64,000 bases of DNA from Nitrosopumilus sp. (lineage in GTDB: Archaea > Thermoproteota > Nitrososphaeria > Nitrososphaerales > Nitrosopumilaceae): contig CBDBLO010000002.1 of assembly GCA_965207075.1 (NCBI GenBank), forward strand, positions 1,056,001-1,120,000. The letters are read 5' to 3'. Positions 32,171-43,000 of this stretch are shown here, one piece after another. The notes beneath the pieces were generated by a model that had not been told where the DNA came from, searched no databases, and was given only the letters and a program-made list of their open reading frames with translations. A program made the position numbers and the translations under genes. The stretch's first letter is position 1. Each line of letters begins with the position of its first letter.

Positions 32171-35100
32171 ATGACCACGACTGACTCGCTGCCCCAAGAC
32201 CGTGCCCGGACTGTGCCTGCACGGAGCGCCCGTCTCTGCCTGCACGGGACGGCAGGATCGGCGGCGGCCCTTCGCTTGGCCGGATGCGGGATCCTCATTG
32301 CGCTGCTATGTGCCGGCGTGGCGTTGCTTGCGACTGCGGGCCTTGCGCCGTCCCCGGGTGACGAACCAGCGCGGGTTTCGAGCGGCGCCGCCATGCATCC
32401 TGATCATGCGTCTGCCCTGTTCGGGGCGGGGCGGACTACGACGACGACGATGGCCAATCCGGCAAACCTGGCGTTTGCCGCACACGACTCTCCCGTGACG
32501 GGGAGCCTGGAGGTGGTGGCGCACATGAAGGACGGCGTTGACGGCTTCTTGGAGCTTCACGGCGCAAAAAACTCCATTGCATTCGGGATTGGCGGGGGCA
32601 CGTACGCTGCAATCGCGGCCGACAGGGATAACGGCATCCAGATGGTGGATGTCACCGACCCGGCCAACCCTGTGGCCATCGCGCACGTCCGGGACAGCGA
32701 CACCCGCGCGCTTGAAGGGGTCCGGGAGATGGACACGTTTGAGGTGGACGGCAGGACGTACCTGGTGGCCGTCTCAAAGTATGAAGGCGTCCAGATAATC
32801 GACGTCACGGACCCCCGCAACCCCGCCGCGGCAGGATATCTGCTGGACAATGCCTGGAGAAGCCTTGGCGGGGCAGGCGACGTGGCCACCTTCGCGGTGG
32901 ACGGGGAGATCTACGCGGCAGTGCCCGCCTCGCTTGACCACGCGCTCCAGATAGTCAACCTGACAGACCCACTCAACCCGGCCCTGGCCGGACGCCTCAT
33001 AGACGACTCCAGCTTGGAGCTGGGAGGCGCGCTTGGCGTTGACGTCTTTGATGCAGGCGGCAGCACCTATGCGATAGTCACCGGAAAGAAAGACAACGGC
33101 ATCCAGATAGTCAACGTCACCGACCCGTACAACCCGACCGCGGCAGGCCGCCTAGCCGACAGCGCCGCGCTGGAGCTCTACCACGCATTCGACGTTGCCG
33201 TGTTCGTGGTAAACCAGAGCACCTACGCGGTGGTTGCCGGATACGAGGACTATGGCATCCAGGTGATCGACATCAGCGACCCGTACAGGCCTGTCGCGGC
33301 GGGACGCATCTCGGATCCCAACGGGTGGATGATGTACGTCCAGGTTGACACCTTTACGGCAGGCGGCCACCCTTACGCGCTTCTGGCATCGTATGACGGC
33401 GCACACCTCCACCTAGTGGACCTCTCCGATCCGTACAGCCCCGCCGAGCTGGCCTCCATCCGGCCCCCGGAATACCGCAAGGGGTTCGCGGCCGAAGTGT
33501 TTGGGGTGGGCGGCAGCCTGTATGCGCTGACCACTAGCACCATCGAAGATTCCGCATACATAGTGGGGATTAACATGAGCGTGGACCTGCCGCCCGGACT
33601 CGTCCCCAACCCGCCGGCAACTACATACGTACGGGCCGGTTCTGCCTATGAGGACGCCGGCGCCACCTGCACCGACGAGGCAGACGGCGACCTCACCGGC
33701 CAGGTGCGGGCCGTCTCGACTGTAAACTTCGCCATTCCGGGCGTCTACACCGTCACCTACGCGTGCTCGGACTCGGCCGGCAACGAGGCCACGGCCGTCC
33801 GGACCGTGACGGTGGCCGAGGCAGGCCCCGCCGCGACCCCGGAGGGCGCGCCTGCCATCACCGTACTGGGCGCCGACCCTGCCGCGGTGGCCGTCGGGGA
33901 CGCCTACTCTGATGCCGGCGCCACCTGCGTTGACGAGGCAGACGGCGACCTCACCGGCCAGGTGCGCGCCGCCTCCGGGGTCAACGTCTACGCGAGCGGC
34001 AACTACACCGTCACCTACGCGTGCTCGGACTCGGACGGCAACGAGGCCACGGCAGTCCGGACCGTGACGGTGACTGATACTGACGCCCCCGACATTGCAC
34101 TCGTCGGCGGCGCAACGGTCAGGCTGTACGCCGGGGACCCCTATACGGACGAGGGCGCCACCTGCATCGACGAGGTGGAAGGCGACCTGGAAGACTACGT
34201 GGCAGCCACCGGAGAGGTTGACACGGCAACGGCCGGCCTGTACACGGTAACCTATACATGTTCGGACTCTGCCGGCAACGAGGCCACCACCTCCCGGACA
34301 GTCGACGTGCTTGAGCCGATCCATCTGATAGCCGACGGCGTGGGCAACTTCACCGAGCTTGACGGCGCCGAGGACGTGGCCGTCTTCAGTAGGGACGGCG
34401 GCACGTACGCGGTCATCGCGGCCTACCACGACGACGGCGTCCAGGTGGTGGACCTGAGCGGCCCGGCCCGGCCCGTCGCGGCAGGCAGCCTCTCTGATGG
34501 CGCCTCCACGGAGCTTGACGGGGCGCGCGGCGTGGCCGTCTTCAGTAGGGACGGCGGCACCTACGCGGTCGTCGCGGCCTACCACGACGACGGCGTCCAG
34601 GTGGTGGACCTGAGCGACCCGGCCCGGCCCGTCGCGGCGGGCAGCCTCTCTGATGGCGCCTCCACGGAGCTTGACGGGGCGCGCGGCGTGGCCGTCTTCA
34701 GTAGGGACGGCGGCACCTACGCGGTCGTCACGGGGTACCTTGATGACGGCGTCCAGATAGTCAACGTCACCGACCCGGCCAACCCGGTCGCGGCGGGCAG
34801 CCTCTCAGATGATGCCTCCACGGAGCTTGACGGGGCGGCAGGCGTGGCCGTCTTCAATAGGGACGGCGGCACCTACGCCGTCGTCGCGGCCTACCGCGAC
34901 GACGGCGTCCAGATAGTCAACGTCACCGACCCGGCCAACCCGGCCGCGGCGGGGCGCGCCCGCGACGGCCAGGGCCTGCACCTTGACGGCGCGATGGGGG
35001 TGGCCGTCTTTGAGCGCAGATACAACACCCACGCGGTAGTCACCACGTTTATGGACAACACCGTGCAGATAGTCAGGGTTACGGATCCCTCCCAGCCCAG

Positions 35101-38100
35101 CGGCGCGGGGCACATAGCCTACCCTAGCGGCCTCATCCTCGGCCTGGACGGCGTTGACGTCTATGAGGGCAGCGGCGGCAGCGCCCATGCTGTCATCGCG
35201 CAGAACATGCACAGCGGCGTCCAGGTGGTGGACGTCTCGGCGCCATACAAGCCGGCCCTCCTGGGGACCACCCACGACGACACCCACCTCAAGCTGGCCG
35301 GCGCCCAGGATGCGGCCACGTTCAGCGTCGGCGGCAGGGTCTACGCGATAGTCACGGCCTTTGATGACGACGGCGCCCACGTGTTATCGATAGACGCCGC
35401 AACCCCCGCGCCCGCGCCCCCGGTAATCACGCTCAACGGGGCGTCTCCGGTCCGGATAACTGTAGGTTCCGACTATGGCGCCGACGCCGGGGCCACCTGC
35501 GTTGACGAGGCAGACGGCGACATCACCGGCCGCATGCAGGTCGCCTCGACAGTCGATACGGACGTCCCGGGAAGCTACACCGTCACATACACGTGCATCG
35601 GCTCGTCCGGCCAGGCCGCAACCGCCGTCCGGGAGGTCCGGGTGGAGGGTGCCGCGGCGCCTGCCTTCCTCTCAGCCTCGTACTCGGCCGGCAACGGCAC
35701 GCTTGCGGTCGCCTTTGACATGCCGGTCAACTCGACGGTCCACCTGGACCGCCTGCACGTGCGCGATGCGGGGCAGTCCTCCGGCGGCACCGCGCTGGAG
35801 GGGGCCGCCGCCTGGTCGGTGTCGGGACCGACACTGGACGTGAGCCTGACCGCCACCCAGACGGCCGCCGTTGCAGGCCTGGCAGTCCCGCAGCTGGACA
35901 TAGGCCAGGACGCCGTATTCAGCGCGGCCGGCGCCGGGATAGCGGCCGCGCCGGACAGGCCCATCCTGGTCGACGGGAACGGCACGGCGTCCGACGACGA
36001 GCCGCCCACCCGGAGCTTTGCCGCCGTGCTGGATCCGCCCGCCCCCCTCGGCTCCAGAGACATCGGCAGGATCACCCTGAACAGCTCCGTCCCCGGGACC
36101 ATCCAGGCGACCTGGGAGGAGCCTTCCGAGGATCCGGCCAACTACCGCATCGTGTGGGCCAAGGTCGGCGAGCCCTTCAAGACGTGGACAGACCCGTCCG
36201 GCAACGCCTTCCCGACTGCCCCCTCCCATACCATCACCGGCCTGGAAGGGGGCGAGCAGTACAAGGTGAAGATTCGCGCCTCATACGCCGGGACGAGCGG
36301 CGGCTGGAGCGGCGAGCTGGCCGTCACCGTCGCGGAGTCGGCGCCTGCCAACCGCCCCCCGGCCGTCGACGCCGGCCCCGACCGGACCGTCCAAAAAGGG
36401 GAGACTGTCACGCTGTCTGGCACCGCCACCGACCCGGACGGTGATCCGATGGCCTATGTGTGGACCTCGGACCGGCCCGGCCTGTCCGTCTCGGGAGGCC
36501 GCACCCTCTCGCCCTCGTTTGCCGCCGCCGGGGCATCCTCGGACACCACCATCACCTTTACCCTGACGGCCACCGACCCGCACAACGCCACCGGCTCGGA
36601 CACCGTGGCCGTCACCGTCCTGAACGCGGACTCCCCGCCCCGGAACATAGTCGTGCTGGAGCCCCCCGGCACACAGGGCCCCCGTGACATAGGCACCATC
36701 ACGCTCAACGGCTCCCTGCCCGGGACCATCCAGGCGACGTGGGCTGGGCCTTCCGTGGATCCGGCCGACTACCGCATCATATGGGCAAAGTCAGGCGACC
36801 CCTACAAGACGTGGACCGACCCGTCCGGCAACGCCTTCCCGGCGGAACCGTCCCACACGATCACGGGGCTCGAGGAGGGCGAGGAGTACAAGGTAAAGAT
36901 ACGCGCCCGGTACGGCCCCGACGGTTCGGGCGGCTGGAGCGGCCAGGCTGCCATCACAGTCGCGGCGTCCCAGCCGGCCAGCCCGCCCCCCGCAGACCGC
37001 CATGGCCCCTTTGTCACCACCTGGAAGACCACCTCCCCGGGCGAGTCGATTACCATCCCGGTGGGGGGCGCCCCTGGCACCTACACGGTAGACTGGGGTG
37101 ACGGGACCGTGTCTGCAAACGTGACCGGCAGCCAGATACACGCGTACGACGCCCCCGGGACCCACACCGTCAGCATATCCGGCAACTTTGAGAAGATATA
37201 CCTCAACGGGCAGCCAAACGCAGAGAAGCTCCAGTCCATAGAGCAGTGGGGCGACGTGGGCTGGACGTCGATGAACTCGGCGTTTGAGGGGGCCTCAAAG
37301 ATGGTCTACCGCGCAACCGACACGCCGGACCTTTCGGCAGTGACCGACATGTCTGAGATGTTCCACGACGCGTCCTCCTTTGACGGCGACATCTCAGGCT
37401 GGGACGTCTCCTCCGTGACTGACATGCAGTGGATGTTCCACGGCGCCTCCTCCTTCAACCAGAACCTCTCCTCATGGGACGTCTCCTCCGTGACTGACAT
37501 GTCGCGCATGTTCTCCCTGGCCTACAACTTCAACGGCGACGTCTCAGGCTGGGACGTCTCCTCCGTGACTGACATGGGCACAATGTTCAGCCAGACCCCC
37601 TTTGACGGCGACATATCCGGCTGGGACGTCTCCTCCGTCACCGACATGCACTCCATGTTCTCATTTGCCGCCTCCTTTGACGGCGACGTATCCGGCTGGG
37701 ACGTCTCCTCCGTCACCGACATGCACACGATGTTCTCCGGAGCTAGATCCTTTGACGGCGACATCTCAGGCTGGGACGTCTCCTCCGCGACCAACACGTT
37801 TAGGATGTTCTTTGGCGCCTCCTCCTTCAACCAGAACCTCTCCTCGTGGGACGTCTCCTCTGCGACCAACCTGCGGGGGATGTTCTACGAGGCCTCCTCC
37901 TTTGACGGCGACATATCCGGCTGGGACGTCTCCTCTGCCACCGACGTCTCCAGAATGTTTGCGCATGCCGCCTCCTTTGACGGCGACATATCCGGCTGGG
38001 ACGTCTCCTCCGTCACCGACATGCACGCGATGTTCTACGAGGCCTCCTCCTTTGACGGCGACATATCCGGCTGGGACGTCTCCTCCGTCACCGACATGCA

Positions 38101-39505
38101 CGATATGTTCTACAACGCCGCCTCCTTTGACGGCGACATCTCCGGATGGGACGTCTCCTCCGCGACCAACATGAGCGGCATGTTCGAGGGCGCCAACTCC
38201 TTTGGCCAAAACCTGGGGAACTGGTACGTCGTCCTCGATGCCGTCCAGACCGTCGGCCAGGACGGGGAGATAGGAAGCATATCCGCGCAAAACCCGTTCC
38301 TTGGCAGCCACAGGCCCGCATACGGACTGGGCTCGGGCCATGACTCTGGCTCCTTTGAGATAACCGACGGCTCCGTACTAAAGCTCAAGACCCCCTACGA
38401 CGCCGCAAGAGACCCGTACGTAGTGACCGTAACGTCTACCGGATACTTTGGCACCCACAACTTCCGCATATTTGAGATCACGCTTGCCGCAACTGGGACG
38501 AACGACACCTCTGTCACGGTGCGGGACGTTACCGACGATCTGAGGCCGTCCACGGTGGTGCTGGGACCCAAGGAAGCGCCCAACTCCCGCGACATAGGAA
38601 CCATCACCCTGACCAGCCTCCAGCCCGGCACCATTGAGGCATCATGGGCGGAACCCGCAGACACGCCTGCAGACTACCGTATAGCGTGGGCAAAGTCCGG
38701 CGAGCCCTACAAGACGTGGACCGACCTGTCGGGCAACGCCTTCCCGACGGAACCGTCCTATACGATCACGGGGCTCGAGGGGGGCGAGGGGTACAAGGTA
38801 CAGATAGTAGCCCGGTACGGTCCGGGCAGTTCGGGCGACTGGAGCGGGGCCGCAGTAATCATCGTCCGGGCTTCCCACTCCGACAATCCGCCGGCCGTAG
38901 ATGCCGGGACAGACCAGGCAGTACGCGAGGGCGACACCGTCACACTGCGCGGCACGGCGTCAGACCCCGACGGCGACGCGATGACCTACCTGTGGACGCA
39001 CGACATGCAGGGCCTTGGAATATCGCTTGGCAACGCGACGGCCCTTTCAACCACGTTTGCCGCGCCCAGTGTGGACTCTGAGGCCGCCGTGACGTTTACG
39101 CTTACCGCAACTGACGAGAACGGCGCCGCCGGGTCCGACACCGTGACCGTCACGGTACGGGACGCTCCAAGCGATCCGCCTGCAAACGTGGTCGTTCTGG
39201 AGCCCATCGGCACCCAGGGCCCCCGCGACATAGGCACCATCACGCTCAACGGCTCCCTGCCCGGGACCATCCAGGCGACGTGGGAGGGGCCCTCGGAGGA
39301 TCCCGCGAACTACCGCATCATGTGGGCCAAGGTCGGCGAGCCCTACAAGACGTGGGCCGACCCGTCGGGCAACGCGTTCCCGACTGCCCCCGCCCATGCC
39401 ATCACCGGCCTGGAGGGGGGCGAGCAGTACAAGGTCAAGGTGCGCGCCTCCTATGCCGGCACCGCGGGGGGCTGGAGCGGCGAGCTGGCCATCACCGTGC
39501 GATGA
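32171..39505 (+). CDS. 2444-aa modular surface protein: LVIVD-like propeller repeats, 4 DUF5011 Ig domains, 4 FN3, PKD-like and DUF285/BspA-type repeats
   Basis: N-terminal hydrophobic segment; GVQIVNVTDPANP repeats; YxDAGATCxDEADGDLT; GTIQATW...TITGLE; VDAGPD; FDGDISGWDVSSVTDMxxMF. Confidence 0.9.
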   Translation: MTTTDSLPQDRARTVPARSARLCLHGTAGSAAALRLAGCGILIALLCAGVALLATAGLAPSPGDEPARVSSGAAMHPDHASALFGAGRTTTTTMANPANLAFAAHDSPVTGSLEVVAHMKDGVDGFLELHGAKNSIAFGIGGGTYAAIAADRDNGIQMVDVTDPANPVAIAHVRDSDTRALEGVREMDTFEVDGRTYLVAVSKYEGVQIIDVTDPRNPAAAGYLLDNAWRSLGGAGDVATFAVDGEIYAAVPASLDHALQIVNLTDPLNPALAGRLIDDSSLELGGALGVDVFDAGGSTYAIVTGKKDNGIQIVNVTDPYNPTAAGRLADSAALELYHAFDVAVFVVNQSTYAVVAGYEDYGIQVIDISDPYRPVAAGRISDPNGWMMYVQVDTFTAGGHPYALLASYDGAHLHLVDLSDPYSPAELASIRPPEYRKGFAAEVFGVGGSLYALTTSTIEDSAYIVGINMSVDLPPGLVPNPPATTYVRAGSAYEDAGATCTDEADGDLTGQVRAVSTVNFAIPGVYTVTYACSDSAGNEATAVRTVTVAEAGPAATPEGAPAITVLGADPAAVAVGDAYSDAGATCVDEADGDLTGQVRAASGVNVYASGNYTVTYACSDSDGNEATAVRTVTVTDTDAPDIALVGGATVRLYAGDPYTDEGATCIDEVEGDLEDYVAATGEVDTATAGLYTVTYTCSDSAGNEATTSRTVDVLEPIHLIADGVGNFTELDGAEDVAVFSRDGGTYAVIAAYHDDGVQVVDLSGPARPVAAGSLSDGASTELDGARGVAVFSRDGGTYAVVAAYHDDGVQVVDLSDPARPVAAGSLSDGASTELDGARGVAVFSRDGGTYAVVTGYLDDGVQIVNVTDPANPVAAGSLSDDASTELDGAAGVAVFNRDGGTYAVVAAYRDDGVQIVNVTDPANPAAAGRARDGQGLHLDGAMGVAVFERRYNTHAVVTTFMDNTVQIVRVTDPSQPSGAGHIAYPSGLILGLDGVDVYEGSGGSAHAVIAQNMHSGVQVVDVSAPYKPALLGTTHDDTHLKLAGAQDAATFSVGGRVYAIVTAFDDDGAHVLSIDAATPAPAPPVITLNGASPVRITVGSDYGADAGATCVDEADGDITGRMQVASTVDTDVPGSYTVTYTCIGSSGQAATAVREVRVEGAAAPAFLSASYSAGNGTLAVAFDMPVNSTVHLDRLHVRDAGQSSGGTALEGAAAWSVSGPTLDVSLTATQTAAVAGLAVPQLDIGQDAVFSAAGAGIAAAPDRPILVDGNGTASDDEPPTRSFAAVLDPPAPLGSRDIGRITLNSSVPGTIQATWEEPSEDPANYRIVWAKVGEPFKTWTDPSGNAFPTAPSHTITGLEGGEQYKVKIRASYAGTSGGWSGELAVTVAESAPANRPPAVDAGPDRTVQKGETVTLSGTATDPDGDPMAYVWTSDRPGLSVSGGRTLSPSFAAAGASSDTTITFTLTATDPHNATGSDTVAVTVLNADSPPRNIVVLEPPGTQGPRDIGTITLNGSLPGTIQATWAGPSVDPADYRIIWAKSGDPYKTWTDPSGNAFPAEPSHTITGLEEGEEYKVKIRARYGPDGSGGWSGQAAITVAASQPASPPPADRHGPFVTTWKTTSPGESITIPVGGAPGTYTVDWGDGTVSANVTGSQIHAYDAPGTHTVSISGNFEKIYLNGQPNAEKLQSIEQWGDVGWTSMNSAFEGASKMVYRATDTPDLSAVTDMSEMFHDASSFDGDISGWDVSSVTDMQWMFHGASSFNQNLSSWDVSSVTDMSRMFSLAYNFNGDVSGWDVSSVTDMGTMFSQTPFDGDISGWDVSSVTDMHSMFSFAASFDGDVSGWDVSSVTDMHTMFSGARSFDGDISGWDVSSATNTFRMFFGASSFNQNLSSWDVSSATNLRGMFYEASSFDGDISGWDVSSATDVSRMFAHAASFDGDISGWDVSSVTDMHAMFYEASSFDGDISGWDVSSVTDMHDMFYNAASFDGDISGWDVSSATNMSGMFEGANSFGQNLGNWYVVLDAVQTVGQDGEIGSISAQNPFLGSHRPAYGLGSGHDSGSFEITDGSVLKLKTPYDAARDPYVVTVTSTGYFGTHNFRIFEITLAATGTNDTSVTVRDVTDDLRPSTVVLGPKEAPNSRDIGTITLTSLQPGTIEASWAEPADTPADYRIAWAKSGEPYKTWTDLSGNAFPTEPSYTITGLEGGEGYKVQIVARYGPGSSGDWSGAAVIIVRASHSDNPPAVDAGTDQAVREGDTVTLRGTASDPDGDAMTYLWTHDMQGLGISLGNATALSTTFAAPSVDSEAAVTFTLTATDENGAAGSDTVTVTVRDAPSDPPANVVVLEPIGTQGPRDIGTITLNGSLPGTIQATWEGPSEDPANYRIMWAKVGEPYKTWADPSGNAFPTAPAHAITGLEGGEQYKVKVRASYAGTAGGWSGELAITVR
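37328..38225 (+). repeat. Tandem ~75-nt coding repeats (DUF285 25-aa repeat), 11 WDVSS units plus caps
   Basis: Near-constant TTTGACGGCGACATMTCMGGCTGGGACGTCTCCTCCGT alternating with variable codons. Confidence 0.92.
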
Positions 39506-39697
39506 CCCTCACGCGCGTGGCGCGCGGAGGCCTCCGGAGCGCCGCCCGGCGAGGGGCGCCGGACTGGTGCCATGACTGCAGACTGCTGCGCTGGGCGATC
39601 TTTGCGCCCGCGTCTTGCAATTCTTGGAGGACGGGCGGCGCTGTCCCGCCTTGCAGATTTGCTCCCCAATCTCAGTTAACCGCACCCGGCAGTCAAG

Positions 39698-39949
39698 GCG
39701 CGACGTCACGGGGGATCGCGATGACATCCGGGGAGACCGGGCACGCCATGGGGGCGGCCCGGCGCGCGTGCGGGCGCGCTATGCGCCGTGTCGCGGCGCT
39801 CCGAGAGGCAGTCGGGCAGGCCGGGGGCGGCGCCCGGGCCACGAGGCGCCCGGCCGGCCTTGCCGCGCGCGCCCCCACGCGGCGGCGCTAGGTCAAAAAC
39901 GCGCGCGAGGAGGCCGTCCGGCCGATGCAAGGTCCGCGTGAATCCATGC
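39698..39949 (+). mobile_element. Internally deleted, decayed IS66 remnant with right TIR
   Basis: Aligns by eye to ~30904-30984 and ~31764-31931; ends CGCGTGAATCCATGC versus intact CACGTGAATTCATAC. Confidence 0.88.
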
Positions 39950-40041
39950 GCCGCCGCCTGCTGTTGCATACTTAATAAACATAATCGAGTCACCGATCGC
40001 ATGTTCCGTATTCGGATAGCCGCGCCACCCGGTGGCGTGAT

Positions 40042-43000
40042 ATGACTGCCAAGGTGCTGCGGACAGCCGTGACAGCGGCGGCCCTGCTGGCGGTAGCGGT
40101 TCTGGGGATGGAGCAGCCCTACTGGCACGGCCTGACGTGGGAGGCCGACCCGTCCCACCCGGACACGCCGGCTCCCGGATGGCATGCGCTAGCGCAGGTC
40201 GTCCAGACGCTGGTTCTGAGCCCGACTGACCGGATCACCGACACCGGCAGCCTCGAGCTTGACGGCGCCCGCGGCATAGCCATCTTCGAGATAGGCGAGC
40301 GCACCTACGCGGCCGTCGCGGCCTACTACGACGACGGCGTCCAGATACTTGACCTGACCGACCCCGGCAACATCAGTGCAACCGACCAGATCGACGACAC
40401 CGACAGCCTCGAGCTTGACGGCGCGGCCGACATTGACATCTTCGAGATAGGCGAGCGCACCTACGCGGCCGTCGCGGCCTACTACGACGACGGCGTCCAG
40501 ATACTTGACCTGACCGACCCCGGCAACATCAGGGCGGCAGGCCAGATAACCGACACCATTCGCCTCGAGCTTTACGGCGCCCGCGGCATCGACACCTTCG
40601 AGATGGACGGGCGCACCTACGCGGTCGTCGCCGGACACAAGGACCACGGCGTCCAGATACTTAACCTGACCGACCCCGGCAACATCAGCGCAACCGACCA
40701 GATCGACGACACCGACAGCCTCGAGCTTTACGGCGCCCGCGGCATAGCCACCTTCGAGATGGGCGGGCGCACCTACGCGGCCGTCTCGGGACTCAAGGAG
40801 GGCGGCATCCAGATGCTCGACCTGACCGACCCCGGCAACGCCGTGGCAATCGGGCGGATCACCGGCGATGGCGTCCGCGATCTTGTAGGCCCTGCCGAGA
40901 TCGCCACCTTCAAGATAGGCGAGCGCATCCACGCGGCCGTCGCAGACAACTACGGCAACAGCGTTCAGATACTTGACCTGAGCCAACCCGGCAAACCTGA
41001 ATGGTCCGGCCAGATCGGCGACACCGACAGCCTCGAGCTTTACCACGCAACCGGCATCACCACCTTCAAGATGGGCGAGCGCACCTACGCGGCCGCTGCC
41101 TCGTGGGGTGACAACGGCGTCCAGGTGCTCGACCTGACCGACCCCGACAACATCGGGGCAGTCGGCCAGATCACCGACACAGGCAGCCTCGAGCTTGGCG
41201 GCGCGCTAGACGTTGCCGTCTTCAAGACAGGCGGGCTCACATATGCGGCCGTCACGGGACACGACGATGACGGCGTCCAGATAATCGGCATGGCCGTGGA
41301 TCACCTGCCAGCCGCCGACGCCGGCCCCGACCAGACAGTCCTGGAGGGAGCCGCCGTCACCCTCCGCGCCACCGCCTCCGGCCCGGACGGCGACCCCCTG
41401 ACCTACGGCTGGTCCCACGACCACCCAACCCTGAACATAACACTGGCCGACCCGGCGGCCCTTGCGACCACCTTCACCGCCCCGCAGGTGTCCTCCAACA
41501 CCACCGTTACCTTTACCTTCACCGCCACCGACCCCCGTAACGCCACCGCCTCGGATGCCGTCACCATAACCATCCTGGACGCCCCCGCAAAGGAGCCGCC
41601 GCCGTCCCTGAACTTCACCGCCGTGCTGGAGCCAACCGGGACGCTGGGCCCACGCGACATCGGCAGGATAGCCCTGCTGAGTTCACAGCCGGGTACAATC
41701 AACGCCACCTGGGCGGAGCCCCGGGGTGCATCTGACGACCCTCCGGCCAACTACAGGATATCCTGGACCAAGGCCGGCGAGAGCTTCCTGCCCTGGACGG
41801 ACCCGGCCGGCAACGCCTACCCGACCGAGCCCTCCTACGACATCACGGGCCTGGAGGACGGCGAGCAGTACGAGGTGAAGGTGCGCGCCTCGTACTCCGG
41901 AAGGGCCGGGCCCTGGAGCGGCGAGCTGGCCATAACCGTCGCAGGGCCTGCTGCCGACAACCGCCCCCCGACCGCCGACGCCGGCCCCGACCGGACGGTC
42001 ATGGAGGGAGACGCCGTCACCCTCGACGCCATCGCATACGATCCCGACCCCGGCGACACCCTGACCTACGGCTGGTCCCACGATCGGCCCGGCCTGAACA
42101 TAACGCTGGCCGACCCGGCGGCCCTTGCGACCACCTTCACCGCCCCGCAGGTATCCTCCGACACCGCCCTCACCCTCACCCTGAGGATAACAGACGGGTA
42201 CGACGCCACGGCCTCGGATGCCGTCACCATAACCGTTTTGGATGCCCCCGCCGGCGATCCCGCGCGCGCGGGCCACTTTGTCACCACCTGGAGGACCACC
42301 GAGCCGGGCGAGTCGATAACCATCCCGGTGGGGGGCGCCTCGGGCACCTACACGGTCGACTGGGGTGACGGGACCGTCTCGGCCAACGTCACCGGGAGCC
42401 AGACGCACGCGTACGACGCCCCCGGAATCCACATAGTCGGCATATCCGGCGACTTTGCCCGGATATACCTCAACGGCCAGCAGCCCAACGCAAACAAGCT
42501 GGCGTCGATAGAGCAGTGGGGGGACGTGCGGTGGGAATCCATGAAGTCGGCGTTTGCCGGCGCCTCAAACATGGTCTACCGGGCGGCCGACGCCCCCGAC
42601 CTGTCCGGCGTAACCGACATGTACCGGACGTTCTCGGGCGCCTCCTCCTTTGACGGCGACCTCTCCGGATGGGACGTCTCCTCGGTGACCGACATGCAGC
42701 AGGCGTTCCGGCAAGCCTCCTCCTTTGACGGCGACCTCTCCGGATGGGACGTCTCCTCGGTGACCGACATGCACAGGATGTTCTCGGGCGCCACCTCATT
42801 CAACGGCGACCTCTCCGGATGGAACGTCTCCTCCGCAACCGACATGCAGCACATGTTTGATGGCGCGGACGCCTTTGATCAGAACCTGGGAAACTGGTAC
42901 ATCGTGCTTGACGGCCTGCAGGTCGGGGAAGCCGGCGGGACGGTCGGGACTATATCCGCGCAGAACGCGTTCCTTGCCGCCCAGGAGCCGACGTACGGGC

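Noticed and set aside
37328-38225. CRISPR-like array (constant repeat plus variable spacer)
   Set aside because: Units are in-frame codon repeats inside a 2444-aa ORF, the 'spacers' share ATGTTC, and no cas genes or leader are present.
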